DNA of 63,208 nt, filler included, from Rhabdomonas costata (lineage: Eukaryota), in the NCBI GenBank assembly GCA_019059605.1. It is 28 parts of 28 records of this genome, joined end to end, with 100 filler letters (N's around TTAATTAATTAA, not from the genome) between each part and the next. Parts side by side here need not be neighbours in the genome. Positions count along the whole stretch, not along the records: positions 11,314 to 13,475 come from JAHMHO010005152.1; positions 13,576 to 15,736 come from JAHMHO010005153.1; positions 15,837 to 18,002 come from JAHMHO010005154.1; positions 18,103 to 20,264 come from JAHMHO010005155.1; positions 20,365 to 22,526 come from JAHMHO010005156.1; positions 22,627 to 24,778 come from JAHMHO010005157.1; positions 24,879 to 27,038 come from JAHMHO010005158.1; 21 more parts are not named here. The stretch is one strand, 5' to 3'. Of the stretch, positions 13,190 to 26,734 are shown in pieces. The position numbers were made by a program, and so were the translations under genes. Below the pieces are notes generated by a model. It had not been told where the DNA came from and ran no database searches. It worked only from the letters and a program-made list of their open reading frames with translations. How positions within the stretch are numbered: position 1 is the first letter of the stretch; every line of letters starts with the position of its first letter.

Positions 13190-14020
13190 CTGAAAAATAA
13201 GAAGAAACACAAAGCGCGCAAATCAGAAGAAACGCGTGCAGAGAAAGCACCAGCTAAAGACCAGTGACATGAGACCCTGAGGGGCAAAGCTCGAAACCTT
13301 TGCATGCAAGGTCCATTTCCCCCTCCCTTCCCTGGTGTTGGTGTTCGCAATGGCATTTCAACGGACATTAGAAACGTCCTCAACAAGTGCGTCGTCTTTT
13401 GTAACAGCCACCCCGATTGAAAAAGTGACAGCGAAGCTCTCTAAGAAAACACCTCACGCAAGGTTCAAATAAATTNNNNNNNNNNNNNNNNNNNNNNNNN
13501 NNNNNNNNNNNNNNNNNNNTTAATTAATTAANNNNNNNNNNNNNNNNNNNNNNNNNNNNNNNNNNNNNNNNNNNNTTGTGTGGGTCTGGGCAGCGCTCAG
13601 GGCAGACCAGCCACCGGGCATGAAGTACCCCCAAGACCCCAACGGCATAGAATCGCAAGTTAAAGAGGACCACACCCTCTCGAGTTTTATTGCGCCAATA
13701 CATCAGTCAACCACTTTCACCGTCAGGACAGTACGCGACAAATGAAATGTATTTCACTTTCAAACACCTTAACAGCCGATGCGCACCAACTGAAGTGAGT
13801 GGCCAACGCTGAGCACGCCAGCTCCGTGGATGGGAAACCGAAAATGGTGTGAGTCCCCTCTGCCCATCGCATCTTCACAAACGCATAACTTCTAAATCGA
13901 CCTTTGAATCCTCACGACACCTAGAACCTCTCGTGGGGGAGACGTTTATCACCCTCTCCCCAGGACAGAGTATCGAACAACTACAGGAGAGGTCTATGAA
14001 AACGAGCGCAAGCCGTTTAA

Positions 14021-15560
14021 TTAGGTCGCAGAGGGTGCGCCTCGCCAGCTCACGACCGACACAAATGCAAGGGGGTCTGTTTCTTCTTCTACACTGCGGA
14101 GGCCGGCCATCCAGCGGCACACTGACTGTAGGACAAGGCTTTGCGGCGGGACAAAGGGGCGCCCAGTCTGGGTTACTACGGCCAGAAGATCCTCTGCTGC
14201 AGCTGTTGCTGAGGAAGCCCCAAGCCCGCCACATAGCAGCACCACTACACTGGCGTGCTGGACCATATAAGGTCCACCCCGACTATGACCCCGCAGCCTT
14301 GCTCCCCACTTCCTGAACCCCAGCGCGTACACAGCGGAAGCCAGCGCACAGCCCTGGGACAGAAGTCTCTCAGGGGGCGACGTGACAGGGGCTGGGGAAG
14401 GGCATGCCCTCAGGATAGTCCAAACCTGCAACAACTGGCTCACCAGCTGGCACGCCGAGGCCAGCAGCAGTGGGCAGCAGGTGACTCCGCTTCGTGAGAC
14501 GGAGTCAGCTAGGTGGACAAACACAGAGGAGCAAATCACGGAAAGACTGCAGCACTGCCAGAGCTCGCAGAAGCGCAGTAGGTCCAGCCCCTCTCCTAGG
14601 TCGGTCAAGGATCCACCACCACCGACATCCGACGCAAGGGAGCTACGCAGAAGGTCCGCAAAGGGAGGGGCTTCAGGACCAACAGCAGAGCAAACCCACC
14701 CAGTAAACAACCCGCTGCGGAGGCACAAGTGCCGGACCTGGGCCAGGGTCTGCCAAAGCACCCCATGAATCAGATTGGAGGTCAGAAGGTGCTTGGGCAC
14801 CTCAGAGATGCACAGCGGTAAGGGAATGAGCTCCACGCCTGGCCGAACCTGCAAAGGGCACAGAAAGAGTGTTTGAAAACATAAGCATGTGTGCAAACTC
14901 CACGTAGCTACCCGGCCAGAGGGATACCTTGCAGACGCAGGCATCCTGGCAGGTGCATTGAAGGAGAAGGAAAAGTGTCATGAGACCGTGCAGCGACACT
15001 TATCCACAATGTAATGACAGAACCATACAGTCACGTGCTGCTCTGTGTCTGCATCATTGGCTTTCTTTCGGCATGCGACAAGTGATGCAGGAATACCTCC
15101 TGGCCCCACGCCGGAACCACAGCGACATAAGCCTGTGCGGCCATTTTGCGGCAAAGCAGGCGGCGGGAGGCAAGCCCCAGGGCCCCCCGCAGCCGCCCTG
15201 CGACTACAGTGGCCACTGTAGAGGCCCTCAGGGGGCTGGTGGTTGCAATGACATCGCTTCGCATCGCAGAAATGGCGCAAAACAGGGCGCTCTGGCCCAG
15301 GCCGCCTGGGCCCACCTCCGTTGAGGCCCCCCGCAGGCACGCCAGCAACGCCACCACGGGAAACGCGAAGGGCTCGGTAGAGGAGGAGCAGGTGGAGGCG
15401 GAGGACGGCCTACTGGCGGGGCTCAAAGGCTCGACAGGACAGCCCAAAAGGTCCAGCACCACGGCAGTGAGACGGGGGTACTCGGCGAAAAAGGTGAGAG
15501 CGTCTGGGCGGTCGTCCGAGCCTGATGACGAGAATCGGGGAGCAGTGTGGAACTGGATCC
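14021..15560 (-). CDS. Hypothetical protein, long exons at about 15560-15094 and 14850-14021
   Basis: Long GC-rich Leu/Ala/Ser frames with splice-like borders (GAG|gtattc; ttgcag|GTT). Confidence 0.45.
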
Positions 15561-15879
15561 ATTAAGGAGCACCACCACCAATAACAACTTTTACAGTTCG
15601 TCGGCCAAAATATATGTTCAGCTTGAGCCAACGTAAGGCCCAACCATACCCACAATGAGAGAACCATGAAGATCAAAAATACACGTCAGGTCAAAGGGAA
15701 AGGGAGAAGCCAACACAACCCAAACACACCCACCACNNNNNNNNNNNNNNNNNNNNNNNNNNNNNNNNNNNNNNNNNNNNTTAATTAATTAANNNNNNNN
15801 NNNNNNNNNNNNNNNNNNNNNNNNNNNNNNNNNNNNGTGGGTTTTTGTGAATTGCGTGAGTCCTTTAATGCGAAATTAA

Positions 15880-16840
15880 ACCTAACAGGTCGCTCTTTGT
15901 TTGAATTTGTGTTGTTTGTGTTGCGTTTCGCCTTTCATCGTGTTTTCACAGAGGATGTGCAGCAGAACCACAGCGGAACCGCAGGCGAGAGCCGCGGAGA
16001 CCCGAGGAACCAGCAGAGGGAGAGGGGTGGAAAAGAATGTGGCGTTAGTGCGGTGAACACAGGACAGGGTGTGTGCGTGCGGTCTCGTGCCCCTTCCACA
16101 GCCTTCCTTTGGGGGTGGGAGATTGTGGAAAGGCATAAGCGGCGAGACCTGCCCAGCGAAACCCCTCCACAGCCCAGAAGGTGTGGGCACCAAGACCCGG
16201 TCAAGAGACCCCCTGTGCCTAAAGCAGCCTTCACGAGCCACAAGTGAACCCCCCCCTGACCTGCAGAGTTGTGCCCCAGAGGTCGCCAGATTTACGCCGA
16301 AGCGGCTTGGTAAATCGAAAAGTGGTTGGCACCCCCGCACCCGTTTCAGAAAGGCGACGCCCGCCGAGAGCACCAGAGCGACCCGGACGAACGGAAGAGA
16401 CCTCCGCTACGTTCTAGGTGCCAAGACACCTAGGTAAGCCGAGGCAGCGCCAACCTTGTGCAAGCAAGGTCGGGATATAGTCCATCACGAGTGGGATCCT
16501 GAGGCACGACCCCCCAAAGAGGTAGGAGCCACGTATGAGTTCCAGAAGCATAGTTGGGGTGTGACAGGAGGGGTTCCGCTGGGCGTCGGGCCGTTTATGC
16601 CTTTCCCCAATCTCCCAAACAAAGCGAAGGATGTGGAAGTGGAACACCATGTGTAACTCTGCAGCGTTCCCACTCGACACGCTCTGCAAAACCACCGTTC
16701 TCTGTACCTCTGCATGGCCCTCCTGGTATCCGCTCGGCTCTGGCCCGCGGCTCTGCTGTGGTTATTTTAGGGCACCTCTGTAACAACAAAAAGGCTAAAA
16801 TGACGAGAAAACACTCTGGAAAACAAAAAGACCTGACGAT
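15880..16840. repeat. Diverged inverted repeat pair (about 15880-16180 and 16555-16840)
   Basis: tgggagattgtggaaaggcataagcggc vs reverse complement tgggagattggggaaaggcataaacggc; aaccacagcggaaccgc vs aaccacagcagagccgc; gcccagcg.aacccctcc shared. Confidence 0.75.
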
Positions 16841-17249
16841 TTGTGAATTTATTCAACACCTAACGTTAAATTTGAAATCCTAGACAATACACTAGAAGGA
16901 ACCATCAACTTTCAAACAGCCGCTGTGTAACACACCACACTGTCCTTCTACTCCGCCTGCATCCGCTGAGGCCTTGTCTGTGAAAATACTCTGAAATCTC
17001 GGCCTCCTTGTCTGTTTCACCTGTGAAAACTCTGGAAAAAGGCTGTGGATGCATCCCTATTCCTCTGGAAAACTCCGAAAACATACCACCTGAATCGCTG
17101 CAGTCGGGTCGTGTGCACACATTCCCCTTCCATGCGGCCTCCCTCCAGTGGACTGGCTCTCTGTCTCACCCTGTGTCTTCCCCCATTGTCACTCTATAGG
17201 CCATCCAACTTTACCACTGCAGAGTTGTTGGACCCTACAAAGTGAAACC

Positions 17250-17980
17250 ATGGGGAAGATTGTGGTACCCTTTCAGAAGGAGTTAGAGGTGATTTCGCGG
17301 TACCACGATTCTCACGCAGCATGACATTGTGGAGTGGCCAGGACGGCCGCCATCATCAAGCGCACTTACACGTTCAATAACATCAAGATAAAGGTGCGAG
17401 CTTATGTGAGTACCTGTGATGTGTGTCAGAGATGCAAAGCGGACCATCATTTGCCAAGAGGCCATACACAGGTTTTGGAGGTGCCCGTGAGAAAATGGGA
17501 TATTTCAATGGATTTCGTTTCCATGCCGCCCCTGGAAGTTTTCGGGCAAATGGAAGGTGGTGAATGAGGTGTTTACCGTTACAGATCTGGCTACAAAGGT
17601 TTTTGTGTTGATACCGTGCCATAACGAAATGAATGCCGACGACATTGCAGAGTTGTTATGGTGGGAGGTAGTGAGACACAATGGTTTTCCGAGGAGTATT
17701 GTGATCTGTCGAGATCCGATCTTTATGTCAGTGTTCTGGAGAGGCCTTATGGCCTTCCTGGACATCCCGATCAGAAGATACTCGCCACACCATCAACAGA
17801 ACAACGGCAAGCCGAAAGGACCAACCAGACCATAAAGCAGGTGATGACTACGCTGATGTATTCGCATCCAGGCACGACATGGATGGATCTTTTGGTCCTG
17901 GTGGAGATTGCAATCAACAGTGCGCGTATTGTCAATGCAGATTACTGTCCATTCTACCTGAATTACGGGTACCCTCCATA
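17250..17980 (+). mobile_element. Ty3/Gypsy LTR-retrotransposon integrase pseudogene
   Basis: HHCC zinc domain HDS..*HCG...CDVCQRCK, WDISMDF, GFPRSIVICRDPIF, ERTNQTIKQ, CPFYLNYG; internal stop and frameshifts. Confidence 0.9.
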
Positions 17981-18102
17981 GTCTACAGATCCCCCACCCC
18001 CCNNNNNNNNNNNNNNNNNNNNNNNNNNNNNNNNNNNNNNNNNNNNTTAATTAATTAANNNNNNNNNNNNNNNNNNNNNNNNNNNNNNNNNNNNNNNNNN
18101 NN

Positions 18103-20257
18103 TGTTGTAGGAATATTCCACTGAAGGAACTTTCATTCCTTCAGTGGAATATTCCTTCAACAGCACCTCATTGATCTCCCCTGATTCAAAAACAAGCGCG
18201 CCTCCAGTGTGGATCAAGTCACGAAGAACTGCCAGAACCGAAGTTGCAGCAGTAGTCAACACATTCATCACAGATTCAGTAATTTCTTCCTCTTGGTGCT
18301 GGTGCGGGGAAAACCCTAGAGAGGGAGGAACTCGCACCGTAATCGCACGGCGAACGATCGATGAAGGAAGACGCACTGAGCAGGGGGATACGATTAGAAT
18401 GGATCGAGGTGCGTGGGCAGCGGAGAGGGCGTCCAAGACTTGCACGACAGCAGAGGTGCAGTCTTCTGCAAAATTCTGCATTACCAGTATACCGTTTGCG
18501 CGGACTTGAGAGCAGACCACACTTTCCAGCTCTTCTGGATAGAGTTCAGTGAGGTTAACAGGGGTCAGAGATGGTGCACCAGAGGACTTTCCAACAGGCC
18601 CGCGTCGCCTGATTATGGAAGAGACTGATGCGCTCACTTCGGACGGGCCCACAAGTAAGACAGGAAATATTAACTCCGAGGAGAGAATGCTTCTCGTCAC
18701 TTCTACAGATGACTCCCACAAAGCACGGGTGAGGGGTTCTCCCAGCACTACTCTTATGAGATGTTGGGCTGAGAGAGTAAGCTGATCAGGCCAGAGGGCA
18801 GCCTGAATAATCATGCGGTTGAAGTGCCCGGTGTTGCTGAAACCGTGAATTTCAGATTCGGGTCTGGATCCGACCCACCAGTTCCCCCACGTTTTATCGT
18901 TCCTCGCCATCTCAGCAGGGAGTCCACTAAACTGAGTAGTAACTGTAGACAACGCTCGAACGTTGAACAGCAGATCCAAGGGAAGCCACTTGAGTGGAGT
19001 CTCGGAAATCCCATCGGTTATTCCGTCACTAGACGCGAGCCGAATAACCCCCTGACAAATCGCTTGAGAAGCCACAGGACCACAGATGGCAAGCACTTGC
19101 AGCAACGCAGACTGAGTTGCAGTTACACAACAAACTTGCACCGCAAGGCAAAACAAAAATGGGAGCTTCTTCCGAGCAGGAAGCTGCCGCAACACCGCAA
19201 GCGCAATGTTCAGTTTCAGTCTTGAAAACTGATCGCAGTCTCCCCTTCGGTCGTGAGCTGTTGAGCAGGTTTCCCTTAAAATCTGAAAGAGTTTTCCAAT
19301 GGAGTCCTCTGGCAACCAAGACACAACACCAAGGCAGGAGGACCAAAGAAGTTCGCACCAGCGACTGAAAAAGTCGCTATCAATCGGTCGTTTTAGTTTT
19401 CTCACGGATGGATATCGCTCTACATCATTACAATCATTGTCTTTTGCCAAACACGAAAGTCCGGCGCCCACGACCAAGATGGCATTGCACAGCTCTTCAA
19501 AAGGATTGTCATCAGTGCAGGAAGTACCGCGCTCGATCTGTTGTTCAAGTCTGGAAAGAAGGATTTTCATCTGTAAGAGGCGCTTTGTCCGGGTTTTTGC
19601 TTCTCCTGCAGACTGAAGTGCACGACTTGCTACTAGCGCGCTGTTTGCCGAAAAGCAGGCAGCAACATGATTGAACACAAACTTTGGCGTAACACACCAA
19701 TTCATCATGTCAGAAAAGGCAAAATATTCTTCTGTACTGTCTACGGGTGCCACGTCGATCAACACAAAGAGTCTAGCCTTCACGCGGGTAATCTGCACTG
19801 ATTTCTGAAACGCAAAAACCACCCGCGACAGGGAGGTCCATGTGGAAAAGGACCAAGCTTCATATACCACTGCTCCAAAGCCAGAGGCTAGACCCCCGCG
19901 AATTACGGCGTCAACACTCTGCTCAACTGCAGTGTCGCAACGGAGAACAAGGCAGGGTGTCTGTGCTTCAACAATCCATGGCGTAGCGATGTGGCAAGGA
20001 TCCATGACAACGCAAATGGCTGAGACATTGCGGGTGACGTAAAGATTAAGAAGACTGTGCTGATCACTCACAAATCCGCGAGCACTGTTCATTTCCTTGT
20101 CCAACGCAAATGACTGGGCATTTCCTGCAACAAACTCCATTCCAGTGGACAAGTCAAACAGGAAACCTGCCTTTAAGCATTCGACACATTTGGCGATAGG
20201 ACCGGAGAACAGCTCCTGCCGACCTTCAGGTTGCAGCGGGCCCAAGTAAGTTAACAA
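18103..20257 (-). CDS. Highly divergent dynein heavy chain-like protein fragment (AAA5-AAA6 region), intronless
   Basis: Over 700-aa open frame spanning the contig; PLKWLP...FSGLPAEM...WGNWW...PE...FNRMIIQAALWPDQL...IRVVLG...PVLLV follows the DHC C-terminal pattern P.WL/W..W....PE/FQKL..LR.LRPDR/LG. Confidence 0.65.
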
Positions 20258-20780
20258 CCCAACCNNNNNNNNNNNNNNNNNNNNNNNNNNNNNNNNNNNN
20301 NNNNNNNNTTAATTAATTAANNNNNNNNNNNNNNNNNNNNNNNNNNNNNNNNNNNNNNNNNNNNTTGTGGACTATTTTGTTAGTTTGGTCACCTGCTTCG
20401 AACATGGGCAACTTTGCAACGAATGCTTTTTTTCTTTTTCTTCTTTTCTTTTCTTTTTGTTTCTTTATAAATCCACTACCCTGTTCTGCGTAGTCACAAA
20501 AGTTTGACTCGGTGGTCATCTGCTATACTGTTTTGTTTGACGGATGAGTGGAGCATGAAGTCTTGGCGACAGAAGCTAAAGTTTCGCATGAAAAATGTGG
20601 TTGAATCAATTCACCGTGTGCCAGTTGTATGAAGGCTTCGGGTAAACACGTTGTCAATTTCAGTTATGGCCTTTGGGGCTGGTTTAGCGGGATTGGGCCA
20701 TTTCATACCTCTGTTCTAATGTGTATTGGGCACTGCCTGCCCTGCTGCTCTTCTTTGTCGTCCTTCTTTCGGTGACTAGG

Positions 20781-21213
20781 AACGAGCTTCTGCAGAAGAG
20801 GAGATTTTGCAGCGTCGCTCTGAGCATCGGATAATGGAGCTCAGCAAGTTGGCCGCCCGGAAAGCTGCTCGGCAACATCTGGAGAGCACTATCCTTCCAT
20901 ACAAGCAGTCGCAGGTACTGTTCTATTCGTTTTTCTTGCTGATCGAGAGCTGGCGTGCAGGTGCACTTCACCTTACCGCTTTTTTGTTCAGGCCCAGTCC
21001 ACCTCACAGAAAAAGCTCTGCAAGGCGGCAGGCAGTGCTGACCTACTGGACGACACTGACAACCAGGCCTTGGCGGAGCTGGACACCGTGTTTGAGACGC
21101 GCAAGAAGGAGTGCCACGCTGCCCGCTTCAGCGGGCGCTGCAAGCAGCCCAACTTTAGCCTTAGCATGGACCACCTCGAACTGACCCGAAGCAGCTTTTA
21201 CTATGCCTCCTAG
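20781..21213 (+). CDS. Last two exons of a hypothetical protein
   Basis: tag|GAA...CAG|gtactg and ttcag|GCC...TAG, coding-like codon usage. Confidence 0.4.
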
Positions 21214-22372
21214 TGCCCCGTCGGTGCAGCATGTAGGAGTTTGCTGTACAGTGCATGGCTCTATGGTTCTGGCTTCTGTTCTTAGTTCTCATTGTTTGTG
21301 TCCGAACGTACCGTGCATGTCTACCAAGACTTTTTTCCTCTGCGTTGAGTCCTCCTTGCCCTTGTTGGGTTCCGCTTGGGAAGGCACAAATTTTGCGCTT
21401 GGATTTCGTGGATCTGGCCAAGGAGAAGTGCTGTCTCAATTTAAGGCATACCGCAACTCCAAATTTAGTTGGCTGGATGGGTTGAAGACTCTCGACAGCC
21501 ACTAGTGCTCTTAAGCTCGCCCAAGGGTACACTCATCTACATGCATCTGCCTATATCTAAACCTTTGATTTGAAGTCTGTCTCAAAGCTATGATTAGGAT
21601 CAAGGAGTATTCGAAGTTGAAGCCTGCGTAGCAAGGGTTACAATCTTCTGACAGTGAAATTGCTAGAGCGTTTACCGCTCGCAGGAAGTCTCGATCGTAG
21701 AATTTGCTCTCTGCAACCGCAAGGCGAACAGCAATTTGCGTCCCCTCGGATGTTTGACGGTCTTCAATAAATTGTCTTACGAAAGTTGTTTGCCTGGATT
21801 CAGGACGTCATTTGTTTCGCACGTGTTCTTTCTCACGTTTGTAGCAGCGATTCTTTTTTGTGTTCGGGACAGAGTACACAACCAAAAATGATGCGCAGTA
21901 TTGTCCGTATGTAACGACGGAAGCTCCAGGGGAACCAACCACCCTTTTGAAGCAGGTATCGCTTTTGCCAGGCCAGTCTGGTTTCAAGTGTTCTCCTGGA
22001 TTTTTACTTCTTGGTTTGGCCTCATAGCGGCAGCCAAGGAAGGCCTTTTGTTGGCGAACTCAGCTGCCCCCGGGAGGGAACCCGTGTGATGGATTGTATA
22101 GCTGGGCCCATGTAAGCCTCCTAATGAACTGCATCTGCGATTCCGACCCCATCCCATCTTATCGCCTTCTTCATTCAGATGGAACCCAGCCCTTGCACCG
22201 CCGGCACCACCGGCGAAGGAGGCCCCTTGCAGGGCACCCTTGCAGGGAACACTCCCCACGGGGATAACCCTGGGGAACTCTGTGGAAGTAGTTCCCCTGG
22301 TAGCAGCAGAGGTGAGATGGAGTTCACCGTTCAGGTTTTGCCTCTGTCGTTTTTTTTTTCGTGGACATCCAG

Positions 22373-22397
22373 TTTGCCATTGCCATTGCCATTGCCA
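22373..22397 (+). repeat. (TTGCCA)4 microsatellite
   Basis: ttgccattgccattgccattgcca. Confidence 0.7.
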
Positions 22398-23279
22398 GTG
22401 ACCTTCCATTTTTGGCTGACATAGGTGTTGATGACCATGAAATCCCCTGAGTATGAATAAGCACAACACATACAGCACACATGACATTCATTACCCTTAC
22501 TCAATTACTTACTTACCCAACAAACCNNNNNNNNNNNNNNNNNNNNNNNNNNNNNNNNNNNNNNNNNNNNTTAATTAATTAANNNNNNNNNNNNNNNNNN
22601 NNNNNNNNNNNNNNNNNNNNNNNNNNGGTGTTGTGTTAGGTCAGAGCACAGTCGATGCCGCTTGCTATCCTGAGAGTGCGAGCAATCTCATTGGAGCGGG
22701 CAGCGGAAACGAGTGGAGAATGGGAGGAGCATGCGTTACAGTTCAAATGAAGTCCCCAAGAGTTCTTCTGAAAAACTACATATCGTGGGTACAAGGAAAC
22801 TGGCGCAGCACGAAATCACTGGCGCCGCGCCTTAACTGGGAACACATGGTAACCTTCATGGATGATGCACATTGCTCTGAAATCTGGTAATGGTTCTTGT
22901 GTAGTTCCCCAACCCACCCAACTTTTTACAGGACAGAATATTGATGTTGCATTGTGTTCGGTACGAGAAGTTCTTTGGGGAATGACAGGTTGGTGGCAGT
23001 ATGTGCAGTAATACGCCTTCTCCAGATTAAGCGGACATGACCCCCTCCCTCGCGTGTAGCATTGGTGATACGATACATCATCGGGGGGGGGGGGAGTGTT
23101 AAAGTCTAACTGTAATAAGGGCGCACCGATTGGTATCTTGTATGGGCCGGGCGTGCGGCAAGTGGCGCCATAAAAACCACTTTTGAACCCTATTCAATCG
23201 CTGAGTTAATTGGCAGTGCTTAATTTATCCTGTAGCATTGTTAAAGTGTGGATTGAACTGGCACTGCCCTTTTCATACC

Positions 23280-24339
23280 TCAGTGGGGCTCCTCCGGCGC
23301 GGGGTACTCCGGCGGATATGGGTACGGGTCGACCACGAACTCCATCGGCTCGTAGGCCCTCGGGGAGAGGGCGCGGCTGATCGCCGTCTTGTTCACCTTG
23401 TGGCGGCTGGGAGGCCTCTGCTGCGCAGCCCCACTGAGAGATACCAACACCCGCACCCTCACTTCCGCAAAATTGGCTCTGTCAGGCATCTAAACCGGCT
23501 CCAATTCAAAGTCACGGTCTTGCCTACTGGCCCCACTCAGGCGTGATGGCAAAGGCCACTCTGGCCCCACCCCAACCAAGAGCCTGTAAAATTAGGGGGC
23601 CAGCAGGTGCATGGTTGCCACCCGCCCATCCTCCATACACACACACACACACCTGCCGAAGTGCAGTACGAGCAGCACGGGTGGGGGGCAGAGCAGGCTA
23701 AAGGGTTGCTTTGAGCACCTAGGGTCACATTTTCGCATTCATCTCGTTATTTCCATTCATGACATCCAAAACAATAATCACATACCAGCTCCCCATTTCC
23801 TCTGCTTTGCTTTAATTAAACAATTTCGCTGGTTTCTGATTCCGGGGACAAGTGCATTGTTCCTTTTTTGTTTTAAGAGAGAGAAGGGAGAGCGGAAGGC
23901 TGGGGAGGCTGGGAAAGGTATGATAATGTTTGGGGGCGGAGGCGCGGGGCGGAGCCGCGAAGCGGGCTGAGAGGGCTGCTGATTCGAGACGTTCCATTCG
24001 GTCGTGAAATTATGGGATGCACACCTTAGGACCCGAGGACGCACCTTTGGCTTGCGGGTTACCGGGTACAAGCTATGACTTAGCACCGTTGGAATGTTAA
24101 ACGCCCCGACACATAAGAATGTTGGGTGACACAGTAAGGGAGAGAGAGAGAGCAAAAGAAAAAGCCGCCACGCCACGCACGGGGAGGTCAGTGGCTTTCC
24201 AGCAATCAGCACGACGTCCTCCCCGGCCGCGGTGAGCTGCGGGTGCACCCCCTGTGAGGCCGCGGCCCCGGTGACGTCATCGAGATCGTCCGCAATGTTA
24301 GCCAGCTCGGCATTCGGCCCGCTCTTCTGCCGGACAATC
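23280..24339 (-). CDS. Hypothetical protein, exons at about 24339-24181 and 23478-23280
   Basis: GC3-rich blocks bounded by AG/GT (IVRQKSGPNAELANIADD...; ...EFVVDPYPYPPEYPAPEEP). Confidence 0.45.
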
Positions 24340-24878
24340 TACGCAATCACATCCGACCCCCTCACCCAGGCACACCATCGATCACATCGCACACCCACAC
24401 ACACAGACACACGACATGCGCACGGCAGTAGCGGGAGAGCGAGACACGCCGAGCAGTGCCACTGTTTTGCGCCCACGGGAAACGCATTTGCGGGGGGGGA
24501 GGGGCTCGGAGTCACCTCCTGAGTATCCACCTTTGGTTTGCATTGCATTCATTACTCCATCCCTCCATCCACTCACTACATTCCAACATTCCAACCGCAC
24601 ACCCTCCATGTGCCCTCCCTCTCTACCCTGGGCGAACCCAATGCAAAAGCACATCTATGTAACCCCCACGGACATGAACCTTTAACAAGATTCATGACGC
24701 ACTATTTGCAGCTGCTCCGGGACATGGATCAACTGCAAACACTGCGACTACCGAATTATTCCTTTGAAACAACACCACNNNNNNNNNNNNNNNNNNNNNN
24801 NNNNNNNNNNNNNNNNNNNNNNTTAATTAATTAANNNNNNNNNNNNNNNNNNNNNNNNNNNNNNNNNNNNNNNNNNNN

Positions 24879-26734
24879 GGTGGGGGCTGCGAGCCAAAGA
24901 GGTCCTTCGCGGGCATGTTGAAGTCCTCGATGCAGCACACCAGGCGCTTCCCCGCGGGCGGAGCGTAGCTCTTCTTGGACTTCTTCTCCATCTTGCCCTC
25001 GATGATGTCCTGGACCTTCTTCGAGGTGGTCTGCCCGCTGAAGTTGATCAACAACATGCTGTACAGGTTCTCCGGCATGCCGGCCATGATGGTCTGCAGG
25101 ATCGCGGACTTCCCCGTCCCCGTAGCACCTTTTTTTTGCACAGAACAATTAAAAAGTCACAAAGCCTTGGGGATGTCGCTTGAGGGCCTGATCGTGAATT
25201 TTCAAGGCCTCGTGTGCACATCAACAGAAAATGCGCTTGTATGAAAAACCATCATTGGTGAAGGGATGTTCTGGATGAGACATTGACTCCATGAACCAGA
25301 AGCAACAACATTACACTGTCCATTGCCAACGACAGATTACGTACATACATTACGTATCAGGCAAAAAACAAACCTTGAATGCTTCCCCAGACAGCAGGCA
25401 CACTGAACTAAGCACCAGAATCTTGTCGAGGAGTCCTCGGCAATGGGGGAACTATTCACACAGTCGCAACGCTTGCCAGGATTCATTACAAGAGCAAGCT
25501 GCAGTTCAAGCACTCGCAGGGGCACAACGTGGGTGCGCGGCAATCACACCGACTAGCATGACGTGGCGGCGGGCCTTGACCAGGGTCTGGACGAGGTAGT
25601 GGTTCCTCGTGGTGTCAATGGTGGGCACAATGAGACGGTAGAACGGAGTGTCCGGCGGTGGCTTGAAGGTGGCCGGGACGCGCTCCTCCCAGCTCTTCCA
25701 CCCGTGGGCCTTGCAGTCCACAAAGTACTCGTACACGGTGTCCCCGGAGGGCATCTGGGGGTCCACCTCGCGCACAAAGACGTCGAACCGCCGACGGCTC
25801 TCCCCCACCACGCTGGCCCCAATTGACCAGATCTGTGCAAAACGAGCACATAGGAATATAATACGATAATACGGAAGGAGGGGCTCGCGCGTTCCGGTGA
25901 GTGAAGGGGTGGGCTCATCCACTTCAAGACAAACGTACAAAGAACATCAGCTAACAGGATGCTGCAGGCAGTGTGCGGGTGTATGCGACATGCATGTAAC
26001 TAAAGCAGGTGGGGACGTCTCGATGCGCTTATGACAAGGGTCAACTAAGACTCTCCGCTATAGATGGAAGTCTTGGTGTTACCTATTGCTGCTACAGTAA
26101 CGTGATTTCAACCTGAGAGCTGGAGATGACTCCAAAGCCTCCCCCCCTTTCCAAAAGATCTGAACCAGCATCGCCCTCTAACCAACTGCGAATATCATAT
26201 CCTCGCACTCGTATTAGAAATTGCTTACCAGCCGTGACAAGGGATGCACCCCCTCAACCTCCAAAAAAAAAAGGAGAAAAAATAACGATAGGGCCATTAT
26301 GTAGCCAAACTCTGCCAGTCGGCTCTCTTGCCATCTGTATATCCAAACCAGGGAGAACGTGAACAGCATTTGGATGTGATTGTGGTAGTTCTCCACATCG
26401 TGCACGGACAGCCCGTTCTCTGGAGTGGCTACGGCGTCGAAAAGATGAATCAGCGACCGTACTGAGCTGATCTCCGAGGTCGCAAAGAGCTCCGTGCACT
26501 CCTTGCGGCGGTGCAGCAGAGCCTGTACCACAGCAACACCGCACACCAAGCAAAGCCACATATATGCTACTGGTGATAAGTAACTTTCAGTCCCCGAGAT
26601 GCAATATGGTTTCAGATGCTGGCTTCACAAAAGGCAGAAAGAATAAGAAAAGTATGTCAACCTTCTCCACGAACTGCTCGAATAGCTGCTTCAGCAGCGC
26701 GCAAGTCTCATCCGGCTTGGGTGCGTTGATCGAC
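24879..26734 (-). CDS. DNAH2: Axonemal inner-arm dynein heavy chain (DNAH2 / I1-beta-like), AAA2-AAA3; exons 26734-26662, 26522-26349, 25832-25550, 25128-24879
   Basis: FSL|IWSIGA, PFYRLIVPTIDT, Walker A LV|GATGTGKS, INFSGQTTS, EDFNMPAKDLFGSQPP; GT-AG introns in phase. Confidence 0.9.
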
